This document shows, piece by piece, positions 10,501 through 18,043 of a DNA stretch of 64,000 nucleotides. Each line of letters begins with the position of its first letter. Position 1 is the first letter of the stretch. The stretch is from positions 723 to 64,722 of the forward strand of contig JAFTMH010000002.1 of assembly GCA_017452445.1 (NCBI GenBank), read 5' to 3'. The translations under genes and the position numbers were made by a program. Source of the DNA: Clostridia bacterium. GTDB taxonomy: Bacteria > Bacillota > Clostridia > Christensenellales > UBA1242. Below the pieces are notes generated by a model that had not been told where the DNA came from, did no database searches, and saw only the letters and a program-made list of their open reading frames with translations.

Positions 10501-12823
10501 CAACTACAACCCAAGCAAATATGTTGTAAAAACATTTGATTTCATCAACGGAACACAAAGCACAGATTGCGTAAATGCAACTTTGCAAACAACTCAATCT
10601 GCTGACGGAATCACAACAATCACCTACTTTACAACAGCAGAGGGTCGTCAATACAACCACAGTTTCATTATTGAAATTTGGGACGCTATGGACGAAACAA
10701 ACCTTATCAAAACAGTTCAATTTACACTTTACAACGAATTGCCTGTTGAAAACACAACAACAAACAACAACCTCCCTGGTCAATTTAAACTTTTGGATGC
10801 AAGCAGAAACAACATCACAAGCACAATCATTGGCGATGTTGCAGATTTGACTGGTTACTTCTCAGAAATCACAATCTTGTATGCAACAAGCGAAACATTC
10901 ATTCCTGTAAAATACTCAGTGAGCAGAGACAGAATCCATTGGGAAGAAATCTCTTCAGGCACAGTGCTTAGATGTCAATCAGACGATATGGAACAATATT
11001 ATCTTAAGATTTGGTATGACGAAACATATTTGCGCAACGAATATGATTCGACATCATATGTTTTTGGAAAAGTTTCAAATTCTCAAATCTATTCATTCAA
11101 CATTTCGTCATTGACTTCAACATTCTGGGTTGAAAAGACAGTAAATGGTCAAACATCAATCGTTGCAAAGAGTGATTCGATGTATAATGCGCCAGATGGC
11201 AAACAATTCTCAAATCACTATATTGTAAACTTGGATTACACACAAAGAGCCTCTGTAGAAATCAAAACAAACAAAGAACAAAAAATTGAACCTACACTTG
11301 TGTTTACATATCACGGTTCAAAGATTTCTTCAGAACATTGGACAATCACAAACAAAACTGCTGGTGACCTTGGAAATATCCCTGCATTTGAAACAAACAT
11401 CATCATCACATATATTCCAACATCAGACGATTTTGTTGAAGAATTCTATTCTCACAACGAAAACGGAATTATCGACACAACAACAAACCTTGTCAACAAC
11501 TCTTCTGCAAGCGTAGTGCTTTCACAAGTAACACTTGACAGAATCGAACTTCAATGGACAAAGTTTAACGGAATCAAAGAAAACGAAATCAACATTCTCT
11601 TGATTAAAGATGGCGTTGAAATGAATCCTACAATCTATTCAAGATCAACAGGCACAGGCGCCCACAAGAAAGAATACAACTATATGTATTTGACATATTC
11701 AGGAAAATACTCAATTTCGTTGTATGACACTGCTGGAAACATTCAAAAATTCAACCGTGGCAATTCTGGACAAACAGAATCATTGAATTTCATCTTCCTT
11801 AAAGATGTGCCATTTACAATGACATACACAGATGCTTTGACTGGCGAGGCAAAAACAATCCTTCCAATCAAACAATCAATCTTCAACGGAGATGTGACCG
11901 TAAACCTTGACAAGAAAACATTCCCTGATTTCTACACTGCTGTAGGCCCACAAGTTAAGATCAAGAAAAACGGCGTAGCTCTCACAAACTCAGAAATCAA
12001 AGAAATGACCACAGAAAACTCAAACACAAAACAATACAAGTTTAGTGGTGCTGGTTATTACGAAATCTCATTTGTGGCAGAAAGCAACATTCCAAACAAA
12101 GGAGAAATCAGATCAGAAACATACAGTTTCTCAATCGTAAATGAAAACGAATATAAATATTCTTACATTTACAACAAATATGGCTCTTATTATGTTGAAA
12201 AGGTAGAAAAAGATGGCAGAGACATCACAAGCACATTGCTCAAGATTTTGGATGTTTCAACAATCAAAATCAACAACAAGTCTTACATGACATCACTTCC
12301 ACTTTCTTATCTCGACGACAAAACTGGCGCTGGTGTTTACACAATCACAATCAACACAAACAACAACTTGATCAAAGCTGACAACATTACATCAACATTC
12401 AGCTACAAAGTGACAATCCGTTCTGGATCTGCACCAATCAAGATTTCAGTTGCACAAGGAAAGGCAACAACAAAAGCAGTTGCAGTTTCATTCAACGCAG
12501 CAAACATCTATGAAGAAATGGGTGAATGCACTTTGAAGATTGTTCGTTACTCAACAGATGGCAAATATGCCGGAGCAATCTATTCATTGAAAATCAATGC
12601 AACGACTCTTGAAGAAGAAGAAACAACAATCCCTGCTGGCGATTCTGGAACATATTATGTTCAAATCGTTTCACCAAGTGGAAACTTGTTGTATAGTTAC
12701 AGAGTTGAAAAGAAAGAACCTATGAACCCTGCTTCAATCATCATCATTGCCGTTGCAGCAATTTTGGTAGTTGTGCTTATCATTGTGATTTACAAGTTGA
12801 GAAAGCGTATTTCTGTAAAATAA
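4592..12823 (+). CDS. giant (2743 aa) N/T/Y-rich surface protein with N-terminal signal anchor and C-terminal TM anchor
   Basis: Uninterrupted 8232-nt ORF with a strong SD. The N-terminus is KIFYVLFAFCIFGAGMFTLGI. The C-terminus is ASIIIIAVAAILVVVLIIVIY followed by KLRKRISVK (TM ~12731-12793). Scattered G-x-Y-x-[VI] ... D-x-A-G-N strands (GLYVVDVYDEAGNHS, HTYYEVVETDKAGNMS, GKYSISLYDTAGNIQ) suggest Ig-like modules. No enzymatic or known anchor motif was recognised. Confidence 0.85.
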   Translation: MKTKNFLFRKIFYVLFAFCIFGAGMFTLGITQKPGFSKAENTISEDARQEDAVPSYFSAKEFLVDGSDSTENFSSLIKSNTFMYYSEESVSTQLQLSLATNGLTANTASTNEIYKYVNYADPQNLTNFNFYNIFTIELSVNGQTQNLNPDSYTTKPGLSFNNAESSPVVETFEMNFSNQATAGNNICILDEDGNVVEGLYTLKISLLLFTCTDGGTTAEEELITSEGADIVFNFYVIDRESYLLNGRPNVDSYNFDHSVNVSNLTNPTVANYFYSNYSSNGTADQISYIEYDYTRFEVEISKEIGDKNGGTVNVVYDLDTQAPVVKGDQLVYTTVNEANKTCRVFFTNVGNYVVTYKDILLIDYQTADGQIARKFALVGLSNVTKKHLVYVYGYQANYTDFDKPAINGIRQNSELKSFDLATTSYTNGADITSRFLNSDASFSQANATTTFLASNLTNYINTSGLKPVVTDQKPIDFDSNAKLVKSSSYIYSTKQISNAYSATSYTINGQTLYRKAFSGIPESSEGVYLYIIAYSFDDFWSSETMSGATTTFYQAFYFEINVSIPTIKIFTADDNTNVSTGMFVNRDVIVEDTTLANIYNKDVTVQIIAKDYDTNGWLTGFGDSYGIALKDLVNEGENRITLSRNAHYTIKMYYTNDIVENGLANAQSFRTRYFTIDKTSVQGIKASNVSEIPGSTDSKFVSDLKHFSTNQNIVLSWQEKNSGAATYAYYRYFPLEETTYYSTKENLLSATLERILSLSNQTTYLPVNSILNMSTTNNDWLSYYGNTALLANKNKIASDYVLPDSGLYVVDVYDEAGNHSIEIFMIDRTTPIFVLYDGSSYKITSTSMFVSEQSTLYWGDYKGILIQNFNTVSYTAGYTPENITESDLAGKDFYIDREGNIRTDIFAAMYNTLKRNNYLQNLAFNVSIDSTYGVDVATYAGNYITIPINDISYFMDKANPTYKDQVASKQEIPVTQEMTYRVLIRDMSNTKLDLNYSETALMQYTNFYSARQTLIISFDSSEFFIEYQNSKKETEYLTTNNTEEIVGEGGHTTKISYLNPTRMNKPLTLSYKPTITDGLQIQVESITINYTPYVKAYKLDPETGITYHYYKLSDHTTPIEVYTYNGSNPSVDLKTYDISLNSDNVTTEGKYEITRTYYLGEGYTYNENDFYKRTYILYVDRNEVISNSETVSNAEGTETHLESLIGGDVFVSMYDNKTNASLVITYPNSPEGNTNGSSLYNNGTVRSVLTTNMLPVNVYIPQYKYTISSKKTLLNDAGAYKYEVENNDVMNFYVEDDETTDGDETRIIREYGLYAEIYRNGTDSTNLIAKTARTNYNNPSLADVAADENGFLIFYNDKGNALQQLIDEGTYYVKLYQGMFGEGLDDNLYKQSITFSFDIERSDPNFTAQTTTGGALVSDLATVPNATVKETYFTNQANVNILWDAGSDYMAEIDIEKIVFKTSKGRTFSTADDIFTTAPFLSQKTYLATISLEKLDVYQHNAYVDITMQYKNHDSRFYNTVTKRIAVDLSAPSTNVQALVEKSLANRALYPTFTNAALRTYRTAKGDPATTLDNTSYNISTSTGDFAYYSYTVTSAYLQTLQTIVANEGYITYIRSFTDQNGENTKYVTGSQETSYTESLTGFKNVTEITQLDPHTYYEVVETDKAGNMSIYTIFVMDYTAQPTVNNVWELPENNIITYSDAHGNSHFYTIADYLAVNAYPNAINNIFSKSGFALTELNLFNDAWAQFQLNTINPTSGITVSYNLMLSPWKANKAIAYGVAGNTEFDIDKLINGSVASTRKHNIVFLNRENATPTTFYINIRNTTLNATLTTDQNREYIQFAMPADVEIQSPDYATTFVSSLSISADGQLIYQQENKLGYASLWRSTDNVVVTSNPSAKTIMFEISQELGFAPNTRIVYEYTDNYGTTYKEIHLYRETIIRQEVSSKEDLYSYYDNAGILHYITKDGFVYNYNPSKYVVKTFDFINGTQSTDCVNATLQTTQSADGITTITYFTTAEGRQYNHSFIIEIWDAMDETNLIKTVQFTLYNELPVENTTTNNNLPGQFKLLDASRNNITSTIIGDVADLTGYFSEITILYATSETFIPVKYSVSRDRIHWEEISSGTVLRCQSDDMEQYYLKIWYDETYLRNEYDSTSYVFGKVSNSQIYSFNISSLTSTFWVEKTVNGQTSIVAKSDSMYNAPDGKQFSNHYIVNLDYTQRASVEIKTNKEQKIEPTLVFTYHGSKISSEHWTITNKTAGDLGNIPAFETNIIITYIPTSDDFVEEFYSHNENGIIDTTTNLVNNSSASVVLSQVTLDRIELQWTKFNGIKENEINILLIKDGVEMNPTIYSRSTGTGAHKKEYNYMYLTYSGKYSISLYDTAGNIQKFNRGNSGQTESLNFIFLKDVPFTMTYTDALTGEAKTILPIKQSIFNGDVTVNLDKKTFPDFYTAVGPQVKIKKNGVALTNSEIKEMTTENSNTKQYKFSGAGYYEISFVAESNIPNKGEIRSETYSFSIVNENEYKYSYIYNKYGSYYVEKVEKDGRDITSTLLKILDVSTIKINNKSYMTSLPLSYLDDKTGAGVYTITINTNNNLIKADNITSTFSYKVTIRSGSAPIKISVAQGKATTKAVAVSFNAANIYEEMGECTLKIVRYSTDGKYAGAIYSLKINATTLEEEETTIPAGDSGTYYVQIVSPSGNLLYSYRVEKKEPMNPASIIIIAVAAILVVVLIIVIYKLRKRISVK

Positions 12824-12838
12824 CAAAACAACAAAAAA

Positions 12839-12862
12839 ACACGCAAAATTGCGTGTTTTTTT
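12839..12862 (+). terminator. intrinsic terminator of the 2743-aa gene
   Basis: Stem ACACGCA (12839-12845) / TGCGTGT (12850-12856), a 4-nt loop, then T6. An A7 run lies upstream, so it is potentially bidirectional. Confidence 0.85.
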
Positions 12863-12896
12863 ATTTATCTTTTGTTTGTTTAAATTGCATCAATAT

Positions 12897-12914
12897 TGTG
12901 GATAATGTGGATAA
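12897..12914 (-). promoter_or_regulatory. two abutting perfect DnaA boxes
   Basis: The plus strand reads TGTGGATAA-TGTGGATAA (12897-12905, 12906-12914), which is TTATCCACA-TTATCCACA on the minus strand. Both are 9/9 matches to the DnaA-box consensus, arranged head-to-tail with no spacer. Confidence 0.7.
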
Positions 12915-12982
12915 AATGACAAATTGTCACCGTTTTTCAAACAAATTTGCCCAATTGTTGACAATTTTTGTTTCCCCGAATT

Positions 12983-13567
12983 TTATTGTTTGCTTTTGTT
13001 TTCAAAACACTTGATAATTCGGTAAATTTCGCCCCAATTTTGCACTTCTGTCACATTGTCGCAAACTAATTCGCCAAGTGGCATTGCACGCAAATAAAGG
13101 CATTTTATGCCATTTTTTGCAAGTGGAATAAGATTTTCAAATCTATCATCAATCATAAAGTCTACTTGTTCGTCTATGCAGGCTTGCAATTTGTTTTTTT
13201 GGTTGTAAACAACTTTGCTGATAGGAAACTTGTCCTGTGCAAGTCGTTTCTCTGTCGCCTCTTTTTCACCAGGTGCATTCATACCTCTGTTTGTGATGCC
13301 AACAAACGAATGTCCCTCATCTGCAAGTTTTTGCAACACTTCTTTTGCAAATGGCAAAATTGGTGCAATATTTTGCATTTCAACAAGGTTTTTGTTTAAA
13401 AAATCTTCAACTTGTTCTCTGCTCCAACCATAGGCATCTTCCAAACAAACATAACTTCTGTCGACAACTCCACAACCACCGTTTTCAATATCAAGCAATT
13501 CTGCCTTTACACGAAGGTATCTTTCGCTGTCATACAAAACTCCGTCAAAATCTACGCCAATTTTCAT
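12983..13567 (-). CDS. HAD-superfamily phosphatase, 5'(3')-deoxyribonucleotidase (NT5C/YorS)-like
   Basis: 194-aa ORF with SD AAAGGGG. It has HAD motif I (VDFDGVLYDS), motif II-like GITNRG and motif IV-like FMIDDR. Confidence 0.65.
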   Translation of the reverse strand: MKIGVDFDGVLYDSERYLRVKAELLDIENGGCGVVDRSYVCLEDAYGWSREQVEDFLNKNLVEMQNIAPILPFAKEVLQKLADEGHSFVGITNRGMNAPGEKEATEKRLAQDKFPISKVVYNQKNKLQACIDEQVDFMIDDRFENLIPLAKNGIKCLYLRAMPLGELVCDNVTEVQNWGEIYRIIKCFENKSKQ

Positions 13568-13633
13568 TTGTAACCCCTTTGTTTCGCCTTTATTATATCA
13601 CAACGACAATTTGTTCACAAAACATAAAACAAC

Positions 13634-13663
13634 AAAAAAAGACCGGTTTTTCGGTCTTTTTTT
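13634..13663 (-). terminator. intrinsic terminator (bidirectional) after the 1369-aa gene
   Basis: Stem AGACCG (13640-13645) / CGGTCT (13652-13657), flanked by A7 and T7 runs, 5 nt from the stop at 13669. Confidence 0.85.
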
Positions 13664-13668
13664 AGATG

Positions 13669-16600
13669 TTATTTCTTGAGTTCTTTGTCAAGTTTAACTT
13701 TTGATACTACAAAGTATACAACAACTCCAACCAAAACAAGAACTGAAACTACAATCAAAATTGTTCCAACAACTTTATAAACTGATGTTGCATCTTTTGA
13801 TTCTTCTGCAACTGTGATTGTAAAGTCTTTTGTTGCTGTGTTTCCAGCAGCATCTTCAACTGTGATTGTCAATGTGTAAGATCCAACTTCAGTAAATTCG
13901 TCGAATGTGTAAACTTTGTTAAGTTCTGTAAATTCAACTGCTTTTGAAGTAGATGTGTTTACAAGTTTAACAGTGATTGTTGGTGCTGTTGCATGGTTTG
14001 AACCATGGTCATCAATTGTCATATCATTAAGATCAATCTTAAGTGGTTTGCCATTGAGTTCGTAGCTGTCTTTGATGAAATCTTCTGGGAAGATCAAATC
14101 TGGTTCTTCTACGTCACCAACTTTGATTGTGTATGTTGCTACTGTAGGATCGTTCTTATCATCTCCATACAATGTGTATGTGATTGTATAAGTTGCATCT
14201 TTCTTAGCAAGCTTGTAAGTGAAGTTTTGTTCTACATTTTCATCATAAGTGTCACTACCTGAAGTTCCATCTGCATATTTGTATGCAACTTTGATTGTAG
14301 CTGTCTTGTAGTCGTCACCTTCAACACCGTAGATGTCAATTTCTTTTCCACCTTCTGGAATTTCTTCAAGAGAATATGCTGGACGGTAGTTGTATGACTT
14401 AAGTGTTGGTTTTACTGCAGAAACTGTGATTGTATACAATTCACTTTCAAGTGAGTGAACTCTAAATCCACCAAAGAGAGCTTCAAGGTTTGCACCTTCA
14501 AAGAATCCTGCTATGTCAGTAACATCTTCTGTTACATCAACGCCATCTTCAAAAACTCTGATTCCACCTTCAGTTTCTTCAAGTGTATAGATTGTGCCGT
14601 TGTCGAATGTCAAAACGCCATCAACAATTGCAACTTTTGCTGTGTTGTATGTGTAATACCCACCATCATTTGAAGAGATATCCCATTCTTCATAACCGTA
14701 TCCCAAAGTTCTGTCATAAACAGTTACATCTGCTGAGTAAACCACATTGTATGTGCCAGCCTTTGTAAAGATGTTTGTTCTGCCATAGTTTGTTGTCCAG
14801 TTTTTAGATTTTCCGTTTTCCGAAACACCATGAACGATATATCTTGCACTGATGTCGCCTTCTGTGCCAGCTTCAACTGCTGCTTGGTATTCTTCATAAG
14901 AAACGCTGTCTGCAATTGAAAGTTTTACAATAGGTTCTGCAAAGATCACTGTTTCACCAACCTTTGCTGTCTTTTGTGTCAAAGATGTTTGCAATCTTAC
15001 ATAATCATCTTCACCATTTGAAACTACATTGTAATTTACAAATGAAACGATTGTGTTGTTGTTTGCATCAGTAACTGACATTGCAACTTGGTATTCACCA
15101 GCTGCATAAGCAATAAACTTGCCTGGTTTAACTGTGTATCTTCCAGCTTCACCCTTCAAAACTTCTGCTTTTGATGAGTCGCCATAGATTGTTTCGCTTA
15201 TATCTGTCTTTGTTCCATCTGTTGCAACATGAGTCAATGTTACATCATAAGTTACAAATGCAACAGCATCGTCAGTAACTGTAAATGATGGAAGTTCGAT
15301 TTCAGCGCCAGCTTCATATTCTTGTGTGAAGTCTTCGTCATCCAAACTAATAAAGTTTGGAGCTGCGTTGTCTTCTGCATTCAAAACTGCTGCTGTTTGA
15401 GCTGAGATGTTTACATTTCCAAAATCATCATAAGCATATGAAACAACTTGGATTGTGCGAACATCTTTGCCAAGATCTTTCAAATTGATTGAATATGATT
15501 TTGATTCTGCATTTGTCAAATCTACATATCCTGCAGCACCATTTGTAAGGTAATCTGCATATTTTGTTGTCAATGCAACATTGTCTTCTTTTGCTGACTT
15601 AAGTGTCCAATCTGCAGAAACTTGTGACAAGTTTTCTGTTGAGATTGCAGCGCCTTCAGCATCAGTAACTGCAACGATTGCACCATTTTTGTCAAGTGCA
15701 CGATACAATGTTCTTACAAACATATTGTTGTCAGAACTGTTGTCTGCTGGTGTTGGAGCATCAAATTTAACAATTGCTGTTGGCAAATATGATGTTTCAA
15801 GTTTTGTCGCAACAGTAAATGTTGGCATATCCATATCTTCTGTTGTTGTAACATACATTGATTGGCTCTTAGCTGTGCTTTCGTTTCCAGCTTTGTCCAT
15901 TGCAATGTAGTGGATATAATATGTGCCTGTACCCATACCACCTTCGGCAGTTGTAGCACCAAATGTCTTGTCCATGTTGATATAAGCAAAACCTGCTTCA
16001 GCAGCAGCTTCGCCCTTAAACCAGTCAAGAGCATTTTCTTTTTCTACTGTGTCCAATGCTGCGATTTGATCAGCAAAGATGTCGTAGAGATGTGCGTAGT
16101 TGTTGTTGTCAACAACGATACGATAGTTGTGTTCTTTCAACCATGCAAGCATTTCAGCATCATTTGTGTGAGCTGCGCCATCTTTGTCGATTGCATGTCT
16201 GATAAGATAGTTGTTTGTGTAAAGATTTTCGTGAGCATCATCAAAGTTTGTTGTGTCTGTTGCTCTGTAGTTGAAAATCAAGTTGTATTGATCGAAATCT
16301 TTGATTTCTGCTTTCAATGTTGAAGAGCTGTCAAAGATCTTTCTTGTAAGTGTTACACCTTCCATTGATTCAACATTGTCTTCGATGCCTACGGCATAAA
16401 CTACAACGCTGTTTGGAAGTGTTCTTGAAGCGAGTTTGTATGCTTCGTCTGTGTATTTTTCATCTGCATCAAGTTCTACAGATGCATCATAAACGATTGC
16501 TTTTGGAGCTGTAGAATCTTTTACATCTTCCCATTCATAAGCACCAACTGTAGAAGATGCTGTTTTTCCATAAATGTCTGTAACTTTGTAAACAAATGAA

Positions 16601-17778
16601 TACCAACCATTTTCCAATGGCTTGAATTCTGTTGGATCTTTCAAAGTTCCGTCTTCATTCAAAACATCAGCATATTTAGTTGCATCAAGTTTTGCATAAG
16701 AAGCTGTTGAATCAACTGCACTGTAATAAACTTCTACTGAATATGAAACAGCAACTGCTTCTTCTGCTGGAGTAGAATCTGTTTTTGTGATTGCTCCTGC
16801 TGTTGGCAATTGTCTTGCAACACCAACTTCGCCATCAGTTTTCTTCCAAGCTGAACCAAGTTGAAGTTGAATTTCATAATCTTTGTAGTAAGATTCTTTG
16901 ATTGTTGTTGATTTTGTTGTTGATGTAACAAAATGTCCGTTTGTGTAGTAGTCATACTTAACTGTATATTTGCCTGTGCCACCGTTTGGTCCTGTGATGT
17001 CGGCTTTAGTAATATAATAGCCTCTTTCATCTTTGCCAAGTGTCATTTCGCCTGCTGCACCACCAGTAACTGTTACATGAACTTTTTCTCCACCAGCTGT
17101 TGCTTCTGAAAGTGTTTTAACAAAAACAACATCTTCTTCAACTTCGCCATCTTCATTCTTAACTTCTGGAGTTGGAAGGTAAAGTTTGAAATCATCTCCT
17201 GTAAGAGAAATATCAACTACTTCTGGAATAACATTTTGATCATTTGCAACAAAGTTGATAGATGCGTTTGAAAGTTCACTCTTCACCTTCATTGAATATG
17301 AGTTTGTGTATGTCTTTCCACCAACTTCATATTGATAAGAATATGTGATTGTGTATGTTCCTGCTTTTTGTGGACGGAATGTTCCGTAAATTTCGTCTGC
17401 AGTAACTGTTGCACCTGCTGCAATTTCTGCTTCGTCGCCTCTAGCAACTTCGATTGTTGATGTGCCATAGTTTACAGTAACTGAAGAAGATTTGATTGTT
17501 GCGCTGCCCAAATCTTTGTTTGCAGTGTCGCCAACTTTCAAAGTTTCGTCTCCACCAATGTAAGCAAATGGAACATAATATACATCGCCCTTTGTGACTG
17601 TTGTTTCAACTTCGTCAGATACTGTGCCGATTGTCATATAAGTGAAATCAGTGTATTGAGACAAAGATGCCAAAGCCAACATTTCATTGAAAGGCACGCA
17701 AAGCACAGCCAAAGCAAATGCTACGGCTACAACTGCTCCTCTAAAAAATGCTGAATGATTTTTTCTTTTATCTTTCAT
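13669..17778 (-). CDS. large (1369 aa) acidic surface protein with repeated Ig-like (DUF5011/HYR-like) modules and a C-terminal TM anchor
   Basis: ORF with SD AGGAGA. Signal peptide AVVAVAFALAVLCVPF...ALA. At least 9 occurrences of G-x-Y-x-[VI]-x-Y ... D-x-x-G-N (GTYTITYSYQY, GKYTVKYDYY, GTYYIHYIAMDKAGNES, GEYQVAMSVTDANNNT, GSYTLTITVEDAAGNTA). The C-terminus is VVGTILIVVSVLVLVGVVVYFVV followed by SKVKLDKELKK (TM ~13705-13773). Confidence 0.85.
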   Translation of the reverse strand: MKDKRKNHSAFFRGAVVAVAFALAVLCVPFNEMLALASLSQYTDFTYMTIGTVSDEVETTVTKGDVYYVPFAYIGGDETLKVGDTANKDLGSATIKSSSVTVNYGTSTIEVARGDEAEIAAGATVTADEIYGTFRPQKAGTYTITYSYQYEVGGKTYTNSYSMKVKSELSNASINFVANDQNVIPEVVDISLTGDDFKLYLPTPEVKNEDGEVEEDVVFVKTLSEATAGGEKVHVTVTGGAAGEMTLGKDERGYYITKADITGPNGGTGKYTVKYDYYTNGHFVTSTTKSTTIKESYYKDYEIQLQLGSAWKKTDGEVGVARQLPTAGAITKTDSTPAEEAVAVSYSVEVYYSAVDSTASYAKLDATKYADVLNEDGTLKDPTEFKPLENGWYSFVYKVTDIYGKTASSTVGAYEWEDVKDSTAPKAIVYDASVELDADEKYTDEAYKLASRTLPNSVVVYAVGIEDNVESMEGVTLTRKIFDSSSTLKAEIKDFDQYNLIFNYRATDTTNFDDAHENLYTNNYLIRHAIDKDGAAHTNDAEMLAWLKEHNYRIVVDNNNYAHLYDIFADQIAALDTVEKENALDWFKGEAAAEAGFAYINMDKTFGATTAEGGMGTGTYYIHYIAMDKAGNESTAKSQSMYVTTTEDMDMPTFTVATKLETSYLPTAIVKFDAPTPADNSSDNNMFVRTLYRALDKNGAIVAVTDAEGAAISTENLSQVSADWTLKSAKEDNVALTTKYADYLTNGAAGYVDLTNAESKSYSINLKDLGKDVRTIQVVSYAYDDFGNVNISAQTAAVLNAEDNAAPNFISLDDEDFTQEYEAGAEIELPSFTVTDDAVAFVTYDVTLTHVATDGTKTDISETIYGDSSKAEVLKGEAGRYTVKPGKFIAYAAGEYQVAMSVTDANNNTIVSFVNYNVVSNGEDDYVRLQTSLTQKTAKVGETVIFAEPIVKLSIADSVSYEEYQAAVEAGTEGDISARYIVHGVSENGKSKNWTTNYGRTNIFTKAGTYNVVYSADVTVYDRTLGYGYEEWDISSNDGGYYTYNTAKVAIVDGVLTFDNGTIYTLEETEGGIRVFEDGVDVTEDVTDIAGFFEGANLEALFGGFRVHSLESELYTITVSAVKPTLKSYNYRPAYSLEEIPEGGKEIDIYGVEGDDYKTATIKVAYKYADGTSGSDTYDENVEQNFTYKLAKKDATYTITYTLYGDDKNDPTVATYTIKVGDVEEPDLIFPEDFIKDSYELNGKPLKIDLNDMTIDDHGSNHATAPTITVKLVNTSTSKAVEFTELNKVYTFDEFTEVGSYTLTITVEDAAGNTATKDFTITVAEESKDATSVYKVVGTILIVVSVLVLVGVVVYFVVSKVKLDKELKK

Positions 17779-17818
17779 AAAGTAAAATCTCCTATTAAAT
17801 AGTCTATATACATAGATT

Positions 17819-17848
17819 ATTTTATCTTAATTTTAGACTGCAAGTCAA
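17819..17848 (-). promoter_or_regulatory. candidate promoter of the 1369-aa gene
   Basis: Minus strand: TTGACT (17843-17848), an 18-nt spacer, TAAAAT (17819-17824). The -35 is embedded in the inverted repeat GTCAATC-n5-GATTGAC (17844-17862). Confidence 0.55.
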
Positions 17849-18003
17849 TCAATTCGATTGACCAAAGTCAAATTTATAAGTATTGTGCGAATGTGTTTTG
17901 CAACTATGCAAAAACAAAACCACTTTTCTTGTCGAAATCGCTTGTTTTTTGCATAAGCAAACCACAATTGACATCTTTTGTTGCCCACAAGTGTTTAGTC
18001 TAT

Positions 18004-18035
18004 AAAAAGACATAAAGCAGGTGGGCACCTGCTTT
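18004..18035 (-). terminator. intrinsic terminator after rplA
   Basis: Stem AAAGCAGGT (18014-18022) / ACCTGCTTT (18027-18035) with loop GGGC, 9 nt after the rplA stop. A T-rich tract follows on the minus strand. Confidence 0.8.
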
Positions 18036-18043
18036 ACTTAAAC

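Noticed and set aside
4811-12000. Many 60-125-aa ORFs antisense to or out of frame within the 2743-aa gene (e.g. 5023-5289, 6326-6637, 8396-8764, 10427-10783)
   Set aside because: They are a by-product of the strongly skewed codon composition of the sense strand, which leaves few stop-complement triplets. They have no SD or promoter, and their translations are Cys/Phe/Val-rich nonsense.
12824-12982. The possibility that the tandem DnaA boxes mark oriC
   Set aside because: There are only two boxes, with no AT-rich 13-mer-type unwinding repeats beyond generic AT richness and no dnaA or dnaN nearby. The flanking genes converge on the site, whereas genes around an origin normally diverge from it. 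A DnaA-box cluster outside oriC is more plausible.
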